Source: the human T2T-CHM13v2.0 reference genome, Homo sapiens. Taken from it: 64,000 nucleotides of DNA. Of the stretch, positions 50,400-63,600 are shown one piece after another (position 1 is the stretch's first letter; each line of letters opens with the position of its first letter). Position numbers and translations under genes: made by a program. The notes under the pieces are model-generated. The model did not search any database. It was not told the origin of the DNA and worked only from the letters and a program-made list of their open reading frames with translations. The stretch lies in the NCBI RefSeq assembly GCF_009914755.1, contig NC_060946.1; one strand, 5' to 3'.

Positions 50400-53300
50400 G
50401 AATGGAATGGAAAGAATGGAATGTAATGGGATGGAGTGGAGTGGAATGGAGTGGAGCGGAATGGAATGGAAAGGAATCGAATGGACTGGAATGGAAATGA
50501 ATAAAAAGAAATTGGGTGGAATGGAGTGGAATGTAATGGAAGGGAATGGAATGTAATCGAGTGGAGTGGAATGGAATCGAATGGATTCGAATCTAATGTA
50601 ACGGAGTGGAGAAGATTGGAGTGGAGTGGAATGGCATGGAATGGAATTTAATGGAATGGAATGGAGTGGAGTGTAGTGGAATAGAATGGAGTGGAGTGGA
50701 ATGGAATTGGATGGAATGGTATCGATTGGAATGGAATGGAGTGGAGTGGAGAGGAGTGGATTGGGGTGGGATATAATGGAGTGAGTGGAGTAGAGAAGAG
50801 TGGAGTGGAGATGATTGGCATGGAATGGAATGGAACGGAATGGAGTGGAGTGGAGTGGAATGGAATGTAATGGAATGGATTGGAATGGAAGGAATGGAGT
50901 TGAGTGGAGTTGAATGGAATGGAGTTGAGTGGAAAGGAAATGAGTGGAGTTGAGTGGAATTGAGTGGCGTGAAGTGGAGGGGAGTGGAGTTTAGTGAGGT
51001 GGAGTTGAGTGGACCAGAATGGAAGGAAAGGAATGGAATGGAATGAAGTTAAATGGAATGGAGTGGAAAGGAATGGAGTGGAGTGGAATGGAATGGACTG
51101 CAGTGGCATGGAAAGGAATGGTGTGGATTTTAATGGAATGAAATGGAATGTGTGGAGTGGAGCCGAGTGGAAAGGAATGGAGTGTAGTCTTGTGGAGTGG
51201 AGTGAAAAGAAGTGCAGTGGAGTGGAATGGAATGGAATGAAGTGGAGCACAGTGGAGTGGAATGTAATGGAATTGAGTGGAATGGAGTGGAATGCAGTGA
51301 ACACATAATGGAGAGGAGTGAAGTGAAATAAAATTGAATGGAGTGGGATGGAGTTGATTGGAATGGAGTGGAATGGACTGGAGTGGAATGGAGTGTAGTG
51401 GAGTGGATTTGAATGGAATGGAATGGAGTGGAGTAGAGTGAAGTGGAATGCGGTCAAATGGAATAGAGTAGAAAGTGTGGAGTGGAATGGAAAGGAATGT
51501 AATGGAGTTGAGTGGAATAAATTGGAATATTGTGGACTGGAATGGAGTGGAATAGAATGGAATTGAGTGAAATGAAGTGAAAAGGAGGAGAATTTTATGG
51601 AAAGGAATAGAATGGAATGTAGTGGAGTGAAGTGGAGTGGAGTGGATTGCAGTGGTGTTGAAAGGAATGGAATGGAAAGAAATGGAATGGAATGGAATGG
51701 AATGAAATGAAATGAAATGGAATGGAATGGAGGGGAGTCGAATGGAGTGGAATGGAATGGATTAGAGTGGAATTGAGTGTAGTGGAAAGTAATGGAATGG
51801 AGTTGGGTGATGTGGAATGGAATAGAATGAAATGGAATGGAGTGGAAAGGAATGGAATGGAACGGAAAGGAAAGGAGTGGAGTGGAGAGGAATGGAATGG
51901 AGTGGAGCGGAGTGGAGTGGAATGGAATGGAGTGTAGTGTAATAGAGTGGAAGGGAGAGGAGTGTAATGGAATGGAGAGGAGTGGAATGGAATGGAGTGG
52001 AATGCAGTGGAGTCGAGTTAAGTGTAATGAAATGGAATGGAGTGAAGTGGAGTGGAGTGAAGTGGATTTCAATGGAATGGAAGAGATGTCAATGGAATGG
52101 AAGGAATTGAATGGAATGGAGTGGAGTGGAGTGGAATGGAATGGATTGGAATGGAGTGGAATGGATTGGAATAAAAAGAAATGGAGGGGAATGCAATGGA
52201 ATGCATTGGAAGGGAATGGAATGTAATGGAGTGGAGGGGAATGGAATTGAATGGATTGGAATGTAACGGAATGGAGTGGAGAAGAGTGGAGTGCAGTGGA
52301 ATGGCATGGAATGGAATGGAATGGAATTAAATGGAATGGATTGGAGTGGAGAGGAGAGGAGTGAAAAGGAGTAGAGTGGAGTGGAATGGAATTGAGGGGA
52401 ATGGAATGGAAAGGAATGGAGTGGAGTGGACTAGAGAAGAGTGGAGAGGAATAGCATGGAATGGAATGGGATAGAAAGGAATTAAATGGAATGGAGTGGA
52501 ATGGTATGCAGTGGAATGCAATGGAGTGTACTGGAATGGTACGGAATGGAGTGGAATGGAATGGATAAAATGGAATGGAGTTGAGTGGAGTTGAATGGAA
52601 TGAGTGAAGTGGAGTGGAGTGGAGTGAAGTAGAGTGGTGTGGAATGGAGTGGAGTGGAGAGGAGTGGAATGGAATGGAGTGGAGTTGAGTGGAAACAGTG
52701 GAGTGAAGTGTAGTGTAGTGGAGTTTAGTGAGATGGAGTCGAGTGGAACAGAATGGAATGGAAAGGAATGTAATGGAATGGAATTGAGTGGATTGGAATG
52801 GAATGGAATGAAATGGAGTTAAATGCAATGGAGTAGAATGGAATGGAGTGCAGTGTCATGGAATGGAATGGAGTGGAGTGGAATAGAATGAAATGGAATG
52901 GAATGGAATGGAGTGGAGTGGAGTCGAGTGGAAAGGAATGGATGGGAGTCTTGTGGAGTGGAGTTAAGTGGAGTGGAGTGGAATGGAATGGAGTGGAGTG
53001 GAGTGGAGTGGAACGGAATGGAGTCGAGAGGAATGTAATGGAGTATGGCGATGTGATATAAAATGGAGTGCAGTGGAATGCAGTTCATTGTAATGGAGTG
53101 CAAAGCACTGGAGTGGAATGGAGTGAAGTGGAGTGGATTGGAATGGAATGGAATGGAGTGGAGTAGAGTGTAGTGGAATGAGGTCGAATGGAATAGATTG
53201 GAAAGTGTGGAGTGGAATGGAATGAAATGTAATGGAGATGACTGGAATAAAGTGGAATATTGTGGAGTGGAATGGAGTGGAATGGAATGGAATTGAGTGG

Positions 53301-56300
53301 AATGAAGTGAAAATTAGTGGAATTTAATGGAATGCAATAGAATGGAATGTAGTGGTGTGGAGTGGAGTGGAGTGGATTGGAGTGGTGTTGAAAGGAGTGG
53401 AATTCAATGGAACGGAAAGAAATGGAATGGAATGAAAGGAAATGGACTGGAATGGAGGGGAGGCGAATGGAGTGCAATGGAATGGAGTAGAATGGAATGG
53501 AGTGTAGTTGAATGGAATGGAACGGAGGGGAGTAAAGTGAAATGGAATAGAGTGGAATGCAATGGAGTGGAAAGGAATGGAATGGAATGGAATGGAATGG
53601 AATGGAATGGAGAGGAATGCAATGGAGTGGAGCGTAGCTGAGTGGAGTGGAATGGAGAGGAGTGGAATGGAGTGGAGTGGAGTGGATGGAATGGAGTGAA
53701 GTTGAATGGAGAGGTAGGGAATGGAGTGGAATGTAGTGGAGTCGATTTAAGGGTAATGGAAAGAATGGAATGGAATTGAATGCAGTGAAGTGGACTGGAG
53801 AAGAGTGGAGGGGATTCGAATGGAATGGAATGGAATGGAGTGGAGTGCAGTGGAGTTGAATGGAGTGGAGTGGAATGGAATGGAATGGAGTGGAATGGAA
53901 TGGAATAAAAAGAAATTGTGGGGAATGGAGTGGAATGTAATGGAAGGGAATGGAATCGAATGTATTGGAATGTAATGGAATGGTGTGGAGAAGAGTGGAG
54001 TGGAGTGGAATGGCATGGAATGGACTGGAATGGAAATTAATGGAATGGAATGGAGTGGAGAGGAGTGGAGTGGAATGGAGTAGAGTGGAATGGAATGGAT
54101 TTGAGTGGAATGTCATGGAATGGAATGGAGTGGAATAGAGTGGAGTGGAATAGGATGGGATGAAATGGAGTGGAGTGGCGTGCAGAAGAGTGGAGTGGAG
54201 AGGAATTGCATGGAATGGAATGGAATGGAGTTAAATGGAATGGAGTGGAATGGTATGGAGTGAAATGGAATGGAGTGGTCTGGAACGAAACGGAATGGAG
54301 TGGAATGGAATGGAACGGAATGGAATATAATGGAATGGAGTTGAGTGGAGTTGAATGGAATGGAGTGGAGTGGAGTGGAGTGAAACGGTGTGGTGTGGAA
54401 TGGAGTGGAGTGGAGAGAAGTGGAATGGAATGCAGTGGAGTTGTATTGAATGGAGTGGAGTGGAATTGAGTGGAGTGAAGTGTGGTGGAGTTCAGTGAGG
54501 TGGAATCAAGTGCAATATAATGGAATGGAATGGAATTGAATGGAATGGAATGGAATGGAATGGAGTTAAATGGAATGGAGTGGAACAGAATGGAGTGCAG
54601 TGGCATGGAATGGAATGGAGTGGAGTGGAATGGAACGAAAGCAGTTGGAATGGAATGGTGCGGATTCGAGTCGAGCGGAATAAAATGGAGTGGAGCCTTG
54701 TGGAGATGAATGAAGTGAAGTGGAATGGAGTGGCAAGGAATGGAATGGAGTGGGGTGGAGAAGATTGGAGTGGAATGGAATGGAGTGGAGTGAAATGGAA
54801 TGGAGTCGAGAGGAATGGAAATGTATGGAGTGAAGAGGAATGAAAGGGAGTGGAGTGGAATGGAGTGGATTGGAATGGAGATGAATGGAATGGAGGGGAA
54901 TGGAGTGAAGTGGAGAGTATTGGAATGGAATGGAATGGAGTGGAGTGGAATGGAGTGGAATAGATTGGAATTTAGTGGAGTGGATTGGAATGAAATGGAA
55001 TGGAATGTAGTGGAGTGGAGTAGACTGGAGTGGAATGGAATGGAGTGGAGCAGAGTGGAGTGACGTGGAGTGGATGGTAGTGGGATGGAATGGAATGGAG
55101 TTAGTGGATTGGAAAAGAATGGAATGGAGTGGACTGGAGTGGAATGATGTGGAGTGAATTGGAGTGCAGTGGAGTGGAATCGAGTGGAATGGAATGGAGT
55201 GGGGTGAAGTGGAATAAAACGGAATGGAGTGGAATGGAGTGGAATGTAATGGAATGGAGAGGAGTTTAGATAATTGGAGTGGAGTGGAATGGAATGGAAT
55301 TGAATGGAGTGGATGCGAGTGAGGTGGAGTTGACTTTGGTGTAGTGGAATGGAGTGGAGTGGGGAAGCGTGGAGTTGAGTGGGGTGGAGTGGAATGCAAT
55401 GGAGTGTAACGGAATGGAGTGGAGTGGAATGGAATTGAATGGAATGGAATGGATTGGAGTAGAATGGAGTTTAGTGGAGTGGAATGGAATTGAGTGAATG
55501 TTATGGAATGGAATGGAATGGAGTGGAGTGGAGCTGTGTGGAATGCAATTGAGCAGAATGGTATTGAATGGAATGCAATGGAGTGGAGTGGAATGGGATG
55601 GGATGGAATGGAGTGGAATGGAGTGGAGAAAATTGGAGTGGAGTGGAATGGCATGGAATGGACTGGAATGGATTGTAAAGGAATGGAGTTAGATGGAATG
55701 GAGTGGAATGGAATGGAGTGGAATGGAATAGAATGTAATGGACTGGAAAGGAATGGAGCCGAGTGGAAAGGAATGGAATGGAAGAGAGTGGAGTGCAGAT
55801 GAATGGATTGGAGTGGAGTGGAGTAGTGTGAAGCGGAGTGGTGTGGAATGGAGAGAAGTGGAGTGGAGTGGAGAAGAATGGAACGGAGTGGAGTGGAAAG
55901 GAATGGAATGGAGTGGAGTGGAATTGAATGGAGTGAAGAGGAGTGGACTGGAGTTTAGTGACGTGGAGTTGCATGTAACTGAATGGAATGGAAAGGAATG
56001 GCATGGAGTAGAATGGAGTGGAATGGAAAGGAATGGAGTTAAATGGAATGGAGTTGAATGGAATGCAGTAGAACGGAATGGAGTGCAGTGGCATGGAATG
56101 GAATCTAGTGCAGTGGAACGGAATGAAAGCGGATGGAATGGAATTGAGTAGAGTGGAGTCGAGTGGAATGGAATGGAGGGGAGTCTTGTGGAGTTTAGTG
56201 AAGTGGAGTCGAATGGAGTGGAAAGGAAAGGAATGGAGTGGAAAGGAATGGAATGGAGTGGGGCGGAAGGAGTGAAGTGGAATGGAATGAAGTGGAGTGG

Positions 56301-59300
56301 AGTGAAATAGATTGGAGACGAGAAGAATTGAAAGGAGTAGAGTGAAGTGGAATAAAACGGAATGGAGTGGAATGGAGTCGATAGGAATGGAGTGGAATTG
56401 ACCAGAGTGGAATGCAATGAAGTGGAGAGGATTGGAATGGAATGGAATGCAGTGGAATGGAATGGAATGGAGTGGAGTGGATTGGAATGAAATGGAATGG
56501 AATGGAATGGAGTGGAGTGGAGAGGACTGGAGTGTAATGGAATGGAGTGGAGTGGAGAGGAGTGAAGTGTAGTGGAGGATAATGGGAGGAATGGAATGGA
56601 GTTTAGTGGAGTAGAGTAGAATGGGACGGAGTGGACTGGAGAGGAGTGAAGTGGAGTGGAGTGGAGTGGAGTGGAATCGAGTGGAATGAAATGGAGTCGA
56701 GTGAAGTGGAACAAAATGGAATGGAGTGGAATGGAATGGAATGGAGTGGAATGGAATGGAATGGAGAGGAGTTGAGAGCAGTGGAGAGGAGTGGAATGGA
56801 ATGGAATGGAATGGAGGGTAGTGCCATGGAGTTGAGTTTAGTGTAGTGGAATGGAGTGGAGTGGGGTAGCGTGGAGTTGAGTGGAGTGGAATGGAATGGA
56901 ATGGAGTGTAATGGAATGGAGTAGAATGGAGTGCAATGGAGTGGAATGGTATGGAATGGAATGGAATGGAATGGAATGGAATGGAATGGAATGGAATCGA
57001 ATGGAGTGGAAAGGAATGGAATTTAGTGGATTGGAAAGGAATTGAGTGGAATGGTATGCAATGGTATGGAATGAAGTAGAGTGGAGTAGAGTGGAATGGA
57101 ATTGAGTGGAATGGTATTGAATGGAATTGAATGGAGTGGAGTAGAATGGAATGGAGTGGAATGGGATGGGATGGAATGGAGTGTAGTGGAGTGGAGAATA
57201 TTGGCGTGGAGTGGAATGGCACGGAATGGAAAGGAATGGAATGTAAGGAATGGGTTAAATGGAATGGAGTGGAATGGAATGGAGTGCATTGGAATGGGGT
57301 GGAGTGGAATGGAAAGGAATGGAGTTGAGTGGAATGGAAGGGAATGGAATGGAGTGGACCGGAGTTGAATGGATTGGAGTGGAGTGGAGTGGAGTGCAGT
57401 GAAGGGGAGTGGTGTTGAATGGAGAGTAGTGGAGTGTAGTGGAGTGGAAAGAAATGGAGTAGAGTGGAAAGGAATGGAGTGGAGTGGAAAGGAACGGAGT
57501 GGAGTGGAGTAGATTTGTGTGGAGTGAAGAGGAGTAGACAGGAGTTTAGTGACGTGGAGTCGCGTGGAAAAGAATGGAATGGAAAGGAATGGAATGGAGG
57601 AGACTGGAGTGGAATGGAATGGAATGGAGTTAAATGGAATGGAGTAGAATGGAATGTAGTGGAATGGTATGGAGTGAGGGGGCATGGAATGGAATGGAGT
57701 GGTGTGGAATGGAATGAAATCAGATGGAAAGGAATGCGGTGGAGTGGAGCCGAGTGGAAATGAATTGAGGGGAATCTTCTGGAGTGGAGTGAAGGGGAGT
57801 GGATAGGAGTGGAAAGGAATAGAATAGAGTGGAGCGGAGTGGAGTGGAATGGAATGGAATGGAGTGGAGTGGAGTGAAATGGAGTGGGGTCAAGAGGAAT
57901 GGAAAGGAGTGGATTGAATTGGAATGAAATGGATTGGAGTGGTATGGAGTGGACTGGAATGGACTGGAATGGACTGGAGTGGAATGGAACGGAGGATTGA
58001 AATGGAATGGAATGGAGTAGAGTGGAGTGGAATGGAATGTGGTGGAATAACATAGTGTGGAAAGAGTGCAGGGAAGTTGAAAGTAAAGTAATGGAGTTTA
58101 GTGGAAGAAAGTGGAATATTGTGGAGTGTAATGGAGTGTAATGGAATGTAAATGGGTGGAATGGAGGGAAAAGGAGTGGAATTTAGTGGAATGGAATAGA
58201 AGGGAAAGTAGTGGTGTGGAGTGGAGTGGAGTGGATTAGAGTTGTGTGGAAAGGAATGGAATGAAATCGAACGGAAAGGAATGGAATGGAATGGAATGGA
58301 ATGGATTGGAATGGAATGGAATGGAATGGAATGGTTTGGAGTGGAATGAAGTGGAATGGAATGGACTGGATTGGAATTGAATGGAATCGAGTGGTGCGGA
58401 AAGGAATTCAATGGAATGGAATGTAATGGAATGGAGTAGATTAGAGTGGAATGGAACTGAAAGCAGTTGAGTGGAATGGAATGGAGTGGTTAGTAGAGGA
58501 GTGGAGTGGAGTGGACTGGAGTAGAGTGGATTTGAGTGCAGTGGCAAGCAGAGGAATGGAGTGGAATGGAATGGAGTTGAGTGGAGTGGAATGGAGTGCA
58601 GAGGAGAGCAATGTAATGAACTGGATTGGGGAAGAATGGAATGGAATGGAAAGTGGTGGAGTGAAATGGAATGAAATGGAATTGAGTGGAGTGGAGTGGA
58701 ATGGGGTGGAATGGAATGGAGAGGAATGGAGTGGAGTCGAGTGAAGTGCACTGGAATGGAATGGAATGGAGTGGAGAGAAGTGGACTAAAGTGGAGTGGA
58801 AAGGAATGCAATGGAATGCATTGGAACGGAATGCAATGGAATGGAATGCAATGGAATGGAATGGAGTGGAGTGGAATGGAATGTAATGGAGTGGAATGGA
58901 ATTGAGGGGAATGGTATGTAATGGAATGGAGTGGAATGAAGGGGTATGGAGTGGAGTAGAGGGGAGTGGAGTGGAAAGGATTCAGATGGAGTAGATTGCA
59001 ACAGAATGGAGTGGAATCGAATGGCGTTAAATGGAATGGAATGGAATGGAATGGAGTGGAGGGGAATGGAAAGGAATGGAATGGAATGGAATGGAATGTA
59101 ACGGAATGGAATGGAATGGAATGGAATGGAGTGGAATGGAATGGAGTGGAGTGGAGTTGAATGGAATGGAGTGGAGTGGAGTGGAGAGGAGTGAAGCAGA
59201 ATGGAGTGGAGTGGAATGGAATGAAGTGTAGTGTAGTGGAGTGGAGTGGAATGGAATGGAGTGGAGTGCAAATGAGTGGAGTGAAGTGGAGTGGAGTTTA

Positions 59301-60300
59301 TTGAGGTGGAGTCGAGTGGAAAGGAATAGAATGGAATGGAATCGAATGAATGGAATTGAATGGAATGGAATAGAATGGAGTTAAAAGGAATGGAGTGGAA
59401 TGGAATGGAGTGTTATGGAATGGAGTGCAGTGGCATGGAATGGAATGGACTGGAGTGGAATGGAATGAAACGGAATGGAATGTAATGGAGTGGAGTGGAG
59501 TCGAGAGGAATGGAATGGAGTATAGTCTTGTGGAGTGGAGTAGAGTAGAGTGGAATGGAATGGAGTGGAGTGCAGTGGAATGCAGTGGAGTCGAGAGGAA
59601 TGGAACGGAGTTGAGCGAAGTGGAAAAAATGGAATGGATTTTAATGGAGTGGAAAGGAATGGAGTGGAATGGAGAGAAGTGGAGTGGATTGGAACAGAAT
59701 GGAATGGAGTGGAGTGCAGTGGAATGGAATGGGGTGAAATGGGATAGAGTAGAAAGAGTGGAGTGGAATGGAAAGAATGTAATGGAGTTGAGTGGAATAA
59801 AGTGGAATATTGTGGATTGGAGTGGAGTGGAATGGAGTGGAATGGAGTGGAATGAGGTGAAAAGTAGTGGAATATAATGGAATGTAACAGAATGGAATGT
59901 AGTGGCGTGGAGTGAAGTGGAGTGGATTGGAGTGGTGTAGAATGGAATGGAATGTAAAGGAATGGAATAGAATGGAAAGGAATGGACTGAAATGAAACAG
60001 AATGGAATGGAGTGGAGTGGAATGAAGTGGAATGGAATGGAGTCGAGCAGAATGGAATGTAATGGAGGGGAATGTAATGTAATGTAATGTAATGGAATGG
60101 AATGGAATGGAATGGAATGGAATGGAATACAAAGGAATAGCATACGGTAGAGTTGAATGGAACCGAAAGGAGTTAAGTGAAATGGAGTGGAGTGGAGTCG
60201 AGTGGAGAAGAGTGGAGTGGAGAGGAGTGCAGTGGGGTGGAGTGGAATGGAGTGGATGGAGTGGAAAGGAATGGAAAGCCGTAGAGTGGAATGGAATGGA
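50400..60300 (+). repeat. About six diverged copies of a ~1.5-1.77 kb higher-order unit, GGAGT-rich
   Basis: GAGTT(T/C)A(G/T)TGA at 50987, 52721, 54488, 55951, 57542, 59294. (T/C)CTT(G/C)TGGAG at 51188, 52949, 54696, 56184, 57775, 59526. A GTTAAA landmark lies between the two in each copy. ATAAAAAGAAAT at 50501, 52171, 53905. Confidence 0.82.
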
Positions 60301-63300
60301 GTGGAGTGGAATGGAGTACAGTGGAATGGAGTGGAGAGGAGAGGAATGCAGTGGATTGGAATGGAGGAGATTGGAATAGAATGGAATGAAGAGGAGTGGA
60401 ATAGAATGAAATGGAATTGAATGCGGTGGAGTGGAATGGGGTGGAATCGAGTGGAGTTGATTGGAATGGGACGTAATGGACAGGAATGGAATGGAATGGG
60501 ATGGAATGGAAAGGAATGGAATGGAATGGAGTGGAATGGAATGGAGTGGAACAAAATGGAGAGGAGATGAATGCAATGGAATTAAGTAGAGTGGAATGGA
60601 ATGAAATGGAATGGAATGGAATTGACAGGAATGGAGTGGTGTGGAATGTAATGGAGAGGAGTAGAGTGGAATGAAGTGTAGAGAAGTGTAGTGGAATTGA
60701 ATGGAATTGAGTGGAGTGGAGTGGAATAGAATGGAGTGGAGTAAAGCTGAACGGAGAGGAGTGAAGTGGAGTGGAGTGGAGTGGTGTCAAGTGTAATGGA
60801 ATGGATTTGAGTGAAGTCGATTAAATTGGAAAGGAGTGGAATGGAGTGGAAAGGAATGGAGTGGAACGGAGTGAAGTTTAGAGGACTGGAGTGGAGTGGA
60901 TTGGAGTGGAATGGAATGGAATGGAATGGAATGGATTGGAGTGGTGTGGAGTTGAGTGGAGTGGAGTGAAATGGAGTGGTTTCGATTGTGGTTGAATGGA
61001 ATTTAATGGAGAGGAATGGAATGGATTTGAAGCAAAGAAATGGAATGGAATGCAATGGAATGGAATGGAGTGGTATAGAATGGAGTGGAACGGAATGGAG
61101 GGGAAAGGAGTGCAGTGGAGTGAAATGGAATGGAATGGAATGGAGTGGAATAGATTGGAATGGAAAGGAATGGATTGGGGTAGAATGGAGTGCAATGGAA
61201 TGGAATGGAATGGAATGGAATGGAATGGAATGGAAATGAAAGGAATGGAATGGAAAGGAGTGGAGAGCAATGGAATGGAATGGGATGGAATGGATAGGAA
61301 TGGAGTGGATTGGAGTGGAATGGAATGGAATTGAAAGGAATTGAATGGAATGGAATGGAAAGGAATGGAATAGAATGGAATGGAATGGAATAGAATGTAG
61401 TGGAGTGGCATGTAATTGAGTGGAGTGGACAGGAATGTAGTGGAGTGGAATAGAATGGAGTGGAGAGGAGTGCAGTGGAGTGGAATGGAACGGAACGGAA
61501 AGGAAAGGAATGGAATAGAATGGAATAGAATAAAATGGAATGGATTGGAATCAAACGGAGTGGAAGGGAATGGAGAGGAGTGGTATGGAATGGAATGGAG
61601 TGGAGAGGAATGGAATGAAACGTAATGGAGTGGAGTGGAGTGGAATGGAATGAAATGGAATGGAATGGATTGGAGTGGAGTGGCGTGGAATGTAATGGAG
61701 TGGAGTAGAGTGGAGTGAAGTGTAAGGGAGTGCAGTGGAATAGAAAGGAATTTGGTCGAGTGGACTGGATTGGAATTGAATGTAGTGGAGTAGAGGGAAA
61801 TGGAGTGGAGTGAAGTGGTGTGGACTGGATTGTAGTCAAGTGGCACAGAATTGAGATGAGTGAAGTTGAATAAAATGTAATGGAGTAGAATGGAGAGGAA
61901 TGGAATGGAGTGGAATGGAGAGGAATTTAGAGGACTGGAGTGGAGTGGATTAGAGTGGAATGGAATGGAATGGAATGAAGTGGAGTGGAGTGGCGTAGAA
62001 TTTTATAGAGTGGAGTGGAATGGAGTCTTTTGGATTTTGGTGGAATGGAATGGATTTTTAGTGGAATGGAGTGGAATGGAATGGAATGAAATGGAAAGTA
62101 ATGAAATGGACTGAAATGAAATAATGGAATGGAATGGAATGGAATGGAAAAGAATGGAAAGGAGTGAAAGGGAAAGGAGTAGAATGGAGTGAAGAGGATT
62201 GCAGGGGAGTGTAGTGGAAAGGAAAGGAGTGGAAAGGAATGGAATGGAGTGGAGGTGAGTGGTGTGGAGTTGAGTTTAGTGGAGTGGAATGGAGTGGATA
62301 GGAGAGGCATGAAGTCAAGTGGAGTGGAGTGGAATGGAGTGATTTGTATGGTGGTGGAATTGAATGGAATGTGGTGGAATGGAGTGGAATGGAATGGAAT
62401 GGAGTAGAATAGAAAGGAATGGAAGTGAAAGTAAGGGAGTTGAATAGAATGGATTGGAATGCAGTGGATTGGAATGGAGTGGAATGGAGCGGAGTGGAGT
62501 GGAATTGAATGAAATGGAATTCAATGGAATGGCGTGGAGTGGAGTTTAATGTAATGGAATGGAGTGGTGTAGAATTGAATGGAATGGAGTGGAGTGGAGT
62601 GGAGTGAAATGCAATGGAGGGGAGTGAAGGGGAATGAAATGGAATGCAATGGAATGGAATTGTATGGAATGGAGTGGAAGTGAATGGGATCGAGAGGAGT
62701 GAAATGGACTGGAAAGGAATGTAATGGAATTGAAAGGAATGGAATGGAAGCGAGTGGATTGCAATGGAATGGAATGGAATGGAGAGGAATGGAGTGGAGT
62801 GGAGAGCAGTGGAATGGAATGGTGTGGAGTGGAGTGGGGTGTAATAGAGTGGAATGGAATGGAGTGGAGTGGAATGGAGTCGAGTGGAGTGGAATCAAGT
62901 GGAATAGAATGGAAACGAAAGGACTGGAAAGAGATGCGAAGAGAGGAAGTGAGTGGAATGGATTGGAGTGGAATGTAGTGCAGTGTAGTGGATTGGAGAG
63001 GAATGGAGTGGAATGGAATGTACTAGAATGGGGGGTAGTGAAGTGGAATGGAATGGAGTGAAACGGATAGGAGCGGAATGGAGTGGAACGGTTTGGAGTG
63101 GAATGGCGTGAAATCGAGTGGAGTGGAATGTAATGGAATGGAATGTATTAGAGTGGAATGAAATGGAGTGGAATTGAGTGGAGATGAATGGAATGGAATA
63201 GAATCAAATGGAATGGAACAGAGTGGAATGGAATGGAATGGAATGTAGTGGAGTAGAGTCGAAAATAATGGAATGTACAGAAGTGGAATGGAATGGAGTG

Positions 63301-63540
63301 GAATGGAAGGGAATTGAATGCAATTTATTGGAATATAGTTGAATGGAATGGAATGGAATGATTTGGAATTGAATAGAGTGTAGAGGTATGGACAGCAGAG
63401 GAGTGGATTGGAGTGGAGAGAAATGCAGTGGAATCGTGAGGAATGGAGTGAAATATAATGGAATCTATAGGAGTGGAATGGAATGGAGTGGAGTGGAATG
63501 CAATGGACTGTAATGAAATGGAGAGAAATGTATTGGAGTG

Positions 63541-63600
63541 GAATGGAAAGTAATGGAGTGAAATGGAGTGGAATGGAAAGTAACAGAGTGAAATGGCATG
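63541..63600 (+). repeat. 30-bp tandem duplication
   Basis: GAATGGAAAGTAATGGAGTGAAATGGAGTG is followed by GAATGGAAAGTAACAGAGTGAAATGGCATG. Confidence 0.75.
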
